DNA of 64,000 nucleotides from a virus (Duplodnaviria; Caudoviricetes): IMG/VR virus record IMGVR_UViG_3300033979_000663, positions 1 to 64,000 of that record; one strand, 5' to 3'. Shown piece by piece: positions 58,350 to 64,000 of this stretch (position 1 is its first letter; each line of letters starts with the position of its first letter). The notes under the pieces were generated by a model. It saw only the letters and a program-made list of their open reading frames with translations, ran no database searches and was not told where the DNA came from. The position numbers and the translations under genes were made by a program.

Positions 58350-58488
58350 TCGAATCGAACACGACCTGAGCAAGTCAGAAAGAAGTTAATCTTGATGAAT
58401 TTTGTGAGTTTTAGCAGGAAATAGCGATCGCACGGGGTAACTAAGTGCGATGTTCGATTCGATTATTAAACCGAGGAGACAAAAAGCA

Positions 58489-58923
58489 ATGAAAGTATCT
58501 GAGTTACACCAATTAATCGGTCGCCCTGCTTTTAATATTGGCGATCGAGTTATCCACTCTTATGAAGTTGGTTGGGTATCCCACATCAACTTAAATCACG
58601 AAAAGAAACAGTACATCTATATGGTGGTAAACGAGGAAGGCGCGTACATCAATGGCACAGCAACAAATAGCGGGTTTTCTATCGAAGAAATCAAACCCGA
58701 TGAAGGAGAATTAGCCGATGTGTCTAATTGCTATCCTTGCCGATCGCTGTTTTTAAGAGCCTCTGGTAATCGCCCTGCTGTTAAAGTCAATAAATCATGT
58801 CATCTTGATTCAAGTAAGGATAGATGGATTTGCTGGTTGCTTGAGAACGGTGAATGGCAAATCAAAGGGGAGTTCAAAGATCCCGATGATGCGATCATGA
58901 TGGCTATGTCATACAGAAAATGA
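58489..58923 (+). CDS. Hypothetical protein
   Basis: GAGGAG SD before ATG 58489. Confidence 0.6.
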   Translation: MKVSELHQLIGRPAFNIGDRVIHSYEVGWVSHINLNHEKKQYIYMVVNEEGAYINGTATNSGFSIEEIKPDEGELADVSNCYPCRSLFLRASGNRPAVKVNKSCHLDSSKDRWICWLLENGEWQIKGEFKDPDDAIMMAMSYRK

Positions 58924-60995
58924 ATCTGACAAATAGAGAGTATTTGGAGGCAGCGATCGCCTCTATCAAAATCCTCCGCAAACAATCCCCCTTAACGGAA
59001 CAAGAAAGGGGGATTTTGCTTGCATTCCCTGGGGGTGGCATCCTCAAGGAGTGCGGGGTTTTCACCGACGACGATAAACCCCGTTGGTTAGTTGAGGGTC
59101 GGGAGGAGTTGCGATCGCTCCTCACCAATGAAGAATGGGAAGGGATACAGAATAGTGGGATGCAAAACTCCCACTACACCTTACCCCAAATACGTCAAGC
59201 TATGTGGGAGGCACTACTGCCATTAATAGAAGATCCTTGTGTTCTCAGGGTGCTTGATCCTGGATGTGGTACGGCTGGTTTTCTTTGGGATATGCCCAAT
59301 GATGACCGACTCACGTATTACGGCATTGACAAGGACGTTTTGCCTGTTGCGATCGCCCGGAAAGCGATAGGCAAAAGCAAGCACCAACTGGTAAAGCAGG
59401 ATTTCTTGCAACATGATCCCATGTTTCCTTATGGTGCTGCCATCGGCAATGTTCCGTTTGTTAATGGCGTTAACTCAATGGTGTTAGAGGGCAAGAAATT
59501 GGGTATTGCTATTCATGCCCAATTCTTCATTAAGTCCGTCCAGTTACTAGCACCTGGCGCACCTCTAATGTTCCTCACCTCAACTACGACACTTGATGCT
59601 AGGGGTGAGGATTACGTCTGGTTTCGCCGATGGTTGCACAGAAAATGTGAGTTCATCGGTGCGTTGAGATTACCTGCGGATGCCGTTCATCATGGCAACA
59701 CTCAGGTAACAACTGATTTGATTATCCTTCGTCGTCGCAAGGGTAAGGATTGCAATGAACCCGATACTAATTGGATTGAAGTGGTGGAAAGTGATTTGAT
59801 TAATCCCCACTACAACATCCCTGTGTTGTACAACCAATGGTTCATTGATAATCCCTGGTGTTTGTTAGGCGATCGCACTATTTCCAAAGTGCGAGGTAAA
59901 AACGGCAATCCTACCAATTGCCTTGCAATTCAATCTCGTCCAAATTTCGCAAAAGAATTGCGTGAGTCCTTAGCAAAACTCACGCATCAAAACAACGTAT
60001 CTAACAAGGAGAATCATATCATGGCTACATTAATCCCTGCTGATAAGTTCCAGTCTTATTCCGTTTTCTCTTTCATTCTCAGAGAGAATCCAAAACAACA
60101 AGGGGTTGAGATTCATTTCCCCCCTGAGTATGTAGCGGAAAGCGATGCTGAAAAAACCCTGTTAGAGCAAATTAAGTCTAAGGGGCTTGTCGCTGCTAAG
60201 TCTAATCCTTCGTTGTTCTACATCAAGCCCCGAACATCGGAAGAACACGCTCAACTAATGGCATATATGCGTAAGAAGGTAGCAGCTTGTTCTAAGTGGG
60301 GGGCTTGTGAATTAGATGCCGACACACCTGTGGAAGAAATTAAGCCGCGCCGTCGCTGGGGAGGCAACAAGGAAAACAAGCCCGTTGAACCTGTCGCTAC
60401 TCCTACGTCTGCTCCCATTGTGGATGCGATCGCCCAACGACTACAGCCGATGTTCGATGAATTGGCTAGTAAAATCCAAGTTCCTGCTGCTGACCCCAAA
60501 GAGTTGCAGGAGGCACAAGCGAAACTTACTGACTACCTGCACAGGTGGCAGAAGGATCAAGAAACTTTTAAGACGTTAAAATCGGAGGTGGATGTCTTTG
60601 TTGGTCTTAACGAAGAATTGAAAAGAGACAATGAGGATTTGCGATCGCAGCTTGCAGATGTTACCGCAAAAATCGTTGAACTCAATGGCACGGTTCATGA
60701 GTTACAAACGGAATTGAAAGAAACCAGGGAAGCTGATATAGAACTCATGAGGCAAGTTGAATCCTTGCAAGAAAAAAACGAGGGATTGCGATCGCAACTT
60801 GCAGAGTTTGGTGTTGGTGTAACCCAACAACCCGAACCTGACCTGGTTGACGATGAACCTGACTTGCAGGATGAACCTGACTTGCAGGATGAACCTGACT
60901 TGAGTGACGACGAAGACCTCCCCTCTGCATTCCAACCCCAATCATCTGATGACGATGATGAAGATGGCTTCAACATAGCGTTACTGGGGGAGTAA
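58920..60995 (+). CDS. DarB-like N6-DNA methyltransferase domain fused to a coiled-coil/acidic protein
   Basis: NSHYT, VLDPGCGTAGF (motif I), IGNVPF (motif IV), RLP..A...TQVTTDLIILRR. Internal SD plus ATG at 60021. Confidence 0.75.
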   Translation: MNLTNREYLEAAIASIKILRKQSPLTEQERGILLAFPGGGILKECGVFTDDDKPRWLVEGREELRSLLTNEEWEGIQNSGMQNSHYTLPQIRQAMWEALLPLIEDPCVLRVLDPGCGTAGFLWDMPNDDRLTYYGIDKDVLPVAIARKAIGKSKHQLVKQDFLQHDPMFPYGAAIGNVPFVNGVNSMVLEGKKLGIAIHAQFFIKSVQLLAPGAPLMFLTSTTTLDARGEDYVWFRRWLHRKCEFIGALRLPADAVHHGNTQVTTDLIILRRRKGKDCNEPDTNWIEVVESDLINPHYNIPVLYNQWFIDNPWCLLGDRTISKVRGKNGNPTNCLAIQSRPNFAKELRESLAKLTHQNNVSNKENHIMATLIPADKFQSYSVFSFILRENPKQQGVEIHFPPEYVAESDAEKTLLEQIKSKGLVAAKSNPSLFYIKPRTSEEHAQLMAYMRKKVAACSKWGACELDADTPVEEIKPRRRWGGNKENKPVEPVATPTSAPIVDAIAQRLQPMFDELASKIQVPAADPKELQEAQAKLTDYLHRWQKDQETFKTLKSEVDVFVGLNEELKRDNEDLRSQLADVTAKIVELNGTVHELQTELKETREADIELMRQVESLQEKNEGLRSQLAEFGVGVTQQPEPDLVDDEPDLQDEPDLQDEPDLSDDEDLPSAFQPQSSDDDDEDGFNIALLGE
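60852..60903 (+). repeat. 18-bp in-frame tandem repeat (DEPDLQ)
   Basis: GATGAACCTGACTTGCAG about three times. Confidence 0.8.
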
Positions 60996-61021
60996 CCAGG
61001 GATTATTCATCAATTATTCAG

Positions 61022-61381
61022 ATGTTCGACAAAGCATCCGAGCGTCTGAAAACCCCCAAAGTTACCTTCAGTGATTACCAACTGTACCGCACCAAATCAG
61101 GCAGATACCCTGGTGCGGTATATGTGCAACCTAATCATGGTGATGGATGGTATGCCAGGATTGAGCGTGATGGTTCATTGACCCTCAATCCTGGTCAATA
61201 CAAGAAGGGGTTAGAGGATGAATTATCCTTGCTGGCGCAAAACCCAGTAAAATTCGCTGCTGATTATGGCAAGAGGTCAGGTAGTTGTTGTTTTTGCCAC
61301 ACTACCCTGACCAATCCATTATCCCTGTCGGTTGGCTATGGACCAGTCTGCGCCGGTCGGTATGGGATGCCTTACGGCTAA
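61022..61381 (+). CDS. DUF6011-type Zn-binding protein
   Basis: YG..SG.CCFC...LTNP.S...GYGPVCA. Confidence 0.75.
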   Translation: MFDKASERLKTPKVTFSDYQLYRTKSGRYPGAVYVQPNHGDGWYARIERDGSLTLNPGQYKKGLEDELSLLAQNPVKFAADYGKRSGSCCFCHTTLTNPLSLSVGYGPVCAGRYGMPYG

Positions 61382-61521
61382 AACCGCACGGGGTGACTAA
61401 GTACTTCGAGATTAAATAACAGGAACAGCGATCGCCCCTCGGTAGATCGCATTCCCCCAATGGTAGCTAATCGGTGATTGGCTTTCATTGGGGGAATTTT
61501 GTTTCACACCCCATAAGGACA

Positions 61522-61791
61522 ATGACAATTGAAATTAACGTTGGATGCACTCAATACTCCAACTACGCTAACGCACGGGTCGAAGGGAACTTGGATGACT
61601 CTATAGAAGTAAATAGTCAAGAAGCTTTAGGCGCGATCGCTATTGCTTCTCTTAAACACCTGATGGTAACTGGACAACTGAAGTTAGTCTTAAATGGCAA
61701 AGAAGTTATCACCCAGGAGTTAGATGAAACCCCGTACCAAGACTTCTTTGAAGACTGTCAGTGGTTCTATGACCACGACATCATGAAATAA
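61522..61791 (+). CDS. Hypothetical protein
   Basis: AAGGA SD. Confidence 0.55.
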   Translation: MTIEINVGCTQYSNYANARVEGNLDDSIEVNSQEALGAIAIASLKHLMVTGQLKLVLNGKEVITQELDETPYQDFFEDCQWFYDHDIMK

Positions 61792-61903
61792 ACAAATTAC
61801 CCGGAAGAAATTTCGCCGCCTTCCGGGGTTAAAATTCTCACCCAAATCTCATGTTCGACTAGGACATGGGATTTTCTTTATCAACAAACCAAGGAGTAAA
61901 AGA

Positions 61904-62197
61904 ATGCAATTACAATTAATCAAACAACAAGAAAATAACGTAACTCATGTTTCAGTCCAAATTACTGATCAACTCAGCGATCGCCTAATTCCTGTTGGAA
62001 GTGTGGAACAAGTTGATGGTTTGTGGTGCGCCTGTTTCTATCGCAATAACTATCGCATTATCTCTCATTGTCGAGAGGAAAGAGACGCAATTATTTACAT
62101 GATTCAATACGCCGTAGTTGGCGATAAAATCTCTACAGACGAGTATCACCAACTATGGAATGTCTTGTTTCCAGAAGATGCAGTAGTTATTAGATAG
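61904..62197 (+). CDS. Hypothetical protein
   Basis: AAGGAG SD. Confidence 0.6.
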   Translation: MQLQLIKQQENNVTHVSVQITDQLSDRLIPVGSVEQVDGLWCACFYRNNYRIISHCREERDAIIYMIQYAVVGDKISTDEYHQLWNVLFPEDAVVIR

Positions 62198-62204
62198 AGC
62201 AACA

Positions 62205-62483
62205 ATGGAACTAAAACTTAGAAGAAAACCTTGTACAGATTGCCCCTTTCATGATGGTGGTGTTGAATTAACACCGGAATACATGAGCCATGTTATTCAA
62301 TATCTATCGGAAGGCGTGAACCACATCTGCCACACAACAAATAAGCACGTTTGTCATGGAGGTAGAGAGTTGCAATTAAAAATGTTTGTAGCTCAAGGCA
62401 AGATAGAAAAGCCTATAAATGAGTCGCTATTTGAGGCGATGAGGGAATTGGGAATAGAACCTACTCACACTTACGAAGACTAG
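62205..62483 (+). CDS. Small Cys/His metal-binding protein
   Basis: PCTDCPF...HICH...HVCHG. Confidence 0.6.
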   Translation: MELKLRRKPCTDCPFHDGGVELTPEYMSHVIQYLSEGVNHICHTTNKHVCHGGRELQLKMFVAQGKIEKPINESLFEAMRELGIEPTHTYED

Positions 62484-62503
62484 GAGAAAACAAGGAGAAA
62501 ACA

Positions 62504-62896
62504 ATGATTGAACTATTTTGGACGGGGAATAAAATCCCGCGTGGGTATGAAGAGTTTGAAATGACTTGGAATACCGAACAGTTTGTAGAAGAGGTGATAA
62601 TTCCAAACTACAACCCAAACGAAAAAGATAAATTGGAGGAACTAAAACTTTTTGCTCCCGTAGAAAAAGGAGAAATTCTTTATTACGAAGCTTATTGGGG
62701 TTTTCACCCCAGAGAATCAGGTGATTTAGACCTGAATCTAGACATATTCGCATTGGTAGAACCAAGCGAAATCGTTAAAGCAGACCGTAAAGATTATGGC
62801 TATGGAGAGAATATTAGCCTGTGGGGAATTGCGCCCACATCTTTAAGACACTGGATTAAAAAAATAGACGAGGATATGGATATATTCCCTCGCTAA
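62504..62896 (+). CDS. Hypothetical acidic protein
   Basis: Duplicated AGGAGAAAACA SD. Confidence 0.6.
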   Translation: MIELFWTGNKIPRGYEEFEMTWNTEQFVEEVIIPNYNPNEKDKLEELKLFAPVEKGEILYYEAYWGFHPRESGDLDLNLDIFALVEPSEIVKADRKDYGYGENISLWGIAPTSLRHWIKKIDEDMDIFPR

Positions 62897-62954
62897 AAAG
62901 CTCACAACCGCACGAAGTAACTAAGTGCAACTAACAACCAAAGGAGCAAAAACA

Positions 62955-63488
62955 ATGACCGCAGCAGTTACACTAACAACCAATTCGGGTTATTCATGGA
63001 CGACTTCAGTAAACAAGGATTTATCTTGCCAAGACATTCTTGATTACTTTCTGGACAGCAAATTTGATATTTACCCGACTTGCCACAATGAAGAACGTAT
63101 GGAGCGAGTTGTTAAAGTAAAGATCGTCACGAAAGGCAAAGAGAACGGAGAAGAATTTTATACAACCAAGTCATTCACATCTCAAAGATTCTTGGAGTCT
63201 CAAGACAAAGCCCAAAAAGCTCTTGAGGAAAGTGTGGCAAAGTTTTCCCGTGTATATGTCACACTCGGAAAACATGATGGCTACTTAAAAGGGGTTGTTG
63301 CGACTAACGATTGCGGCGACTGGTTTATGGGTTCTCACCGCGATCGCACGGTAGATATTGATTGGTCAAGAATGAAAAAGGTTGGACTACCTGAAAATTT
63401 AATCTTCTTATTCTCTACCTACAAATCCCTAGAGTTATTAGTAAGAAAAGGTGACAGTTTTGATGTTGTCTTTTCTTACGACTGGTAA
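62955..63488 (+). CDS. Hypothetical protein
   Basis: AAGGAG SD before ATG 62955. Confidence 0.6.
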   Translation: MTAAVTLTTNSGYSWTTSVNKDLSCQDILDYFLDSKFDIYPTCHNEERMERVVKVKIVTKGKENGEEFYTTKSFTSQRFLESQDKAQKALEESVAKFSRVYVTLGKHDGYLKGVVATNDCGDWFMGSHRDRTVDIDWSRMKKVGLPENLIFLFSTYKSLELLVRKGDSFDVVFSYDW

Positions 63489-63572
63489 CAGCGATCGCAC
63501 GAAGTAACTAACCCAAATCTCATGTTCGATTAGGACATGGGATTTTTTTATTATTCACACAGGAGTAAAATC

Positions 63573-63992
63573 ATGGAAATCAAAGCCAAGTACGTCACTA
63601 ATAAGTACATTGACATCTTTGTAGAGGGTGTCACCCCATCAGATACCCACTGGGGAGGGGTGAAAGCTATGCTTGAGGGTGCAAAATTCAAGTTAGAAGG
63701 ATTTGCCTACCGCCGCACATTCGACAACCCCACTGAGTTTAGTAAGTGGTTAAGACATACCAGATCATTAACTACTAAATTCGGTGGTACTGAACCAGAG
63801 GAAATAGTAGACCCACTGCAAAATCTCATGGACATGATTGCCGAGTTCGAGTCCCGGTTCGATGAAATGAACCAGGAGGTATCTGTCCTAAAAAAGTTCG
63901 ACATCTCCGCGCAGGAGAGATTGAACAGCTTGAAGCAGCAATTAGAGCAACAACCGGACAAAAAGCCCCCAGCAAGAAGAAAGAAAAAATAA
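63573..63992 (+). CDS. Hypothetical protein with coiled-coil C-terminus
   Basis: AGGAG SD before ATG 63573. Confidence 0.6.
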   Translation: MEIKAKYVTNKYIDIFVEGVTPSDTHWGGVKAMLEGAKFKLEGFAYRRTFDNPTEFSKWLRHTRSLTTKFGGTEPEEIVDPLQNLMDMIAEFESRFDEMNQEVSVLKKFDISAQERLNSLKQQLEQQPDKKPPARRKKK

Positions 63993-64000
63993 TCCCCGAC

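Larger units (their letters stand above)
1777..63537. repeat. Dispersed 15-bp palindrome TGTTCGANTCGAWYA, about 20 copies
   Basis: Starts at 1777, 3723, 11561, 19641, 27531, 28912, 30083, 31423, 35905, 45239, 47886, 47929, 51046, 55649, 56058, 58347 and 58451. Variants at 42748, 61852 and 63523. Confidence 0.9.

Noticed and set aside
55648-58470. Apparent shared N-terminus MFDSII in ORFs 11557, 55648 and 58450 (and MFESN in 35923)
   Set aside because: It is just the translation of the DNA palindrome ATGTTCGATTCGATTAT. For 55648 and 58450, better starts lie downstream.
1777-63537. CRISPR array made of the palindromic repeats
   Set aside because: Copies are dispersed over kilobases, with no regular spacers and no cas genes. 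The only close pair (47886, 47929) is too short for an array.

Overview
This 64 kb window is part of a large, probably temperate, long-tailed (sipho-like) phage or prophage of a filamentous cyanobacterium. Host evidence: dense HIP1 GCGATCGC sites, Nostocales-type repeats, and cyanobacterial-type ssb and tmk. Layout: (1) head and tail module at 1-19.6 kb, with scaffold, decoration protein, major capsid, Mu-like neck genes, tail tube, a frameshifted chaperone and a 2081-aa tape measure; (2) a mixed regulatory and structural block with an FHA protein, a group-3 sigma factor and PadR; (3) a leftward FtsK plus membrane-protein operon at 34.7-42.6 kb; (4) tmk, Mu-like terminase subunits and ssb; (5) a long rightward early-type operon of small ORFs at 49.7-64 kb. 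The main unexplained system is a family of at least 10 basic proteins scattered among the virion genes. They share a short tag, (YS)..L/M-A-x-F followed by R(T/P)xGAKDKKxRKKR or RGKDKKxRKK, and part of that tag also occurs in the scaffold. The tag is fused to unrelated cargo: Gly-zipper membrane peptides, an ART-like domain and a DUF5754-like domain. A second basic hairpin tag links the ART-like protein to a protein kinase. Together this suggests a modular capsid-loading and delivery system. Also notable: about 20 copies of a 15-bp palindrome TGTTCGANTCGAWYA; GGGAA-type late promoters that fit the phage sigma factor; three hammerhead ribozymes with a tRNA-like element; and captured host DNA fragments. 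No integrase, portal or lysin was recognised in this window. All family assignments are by eye, without database searches.
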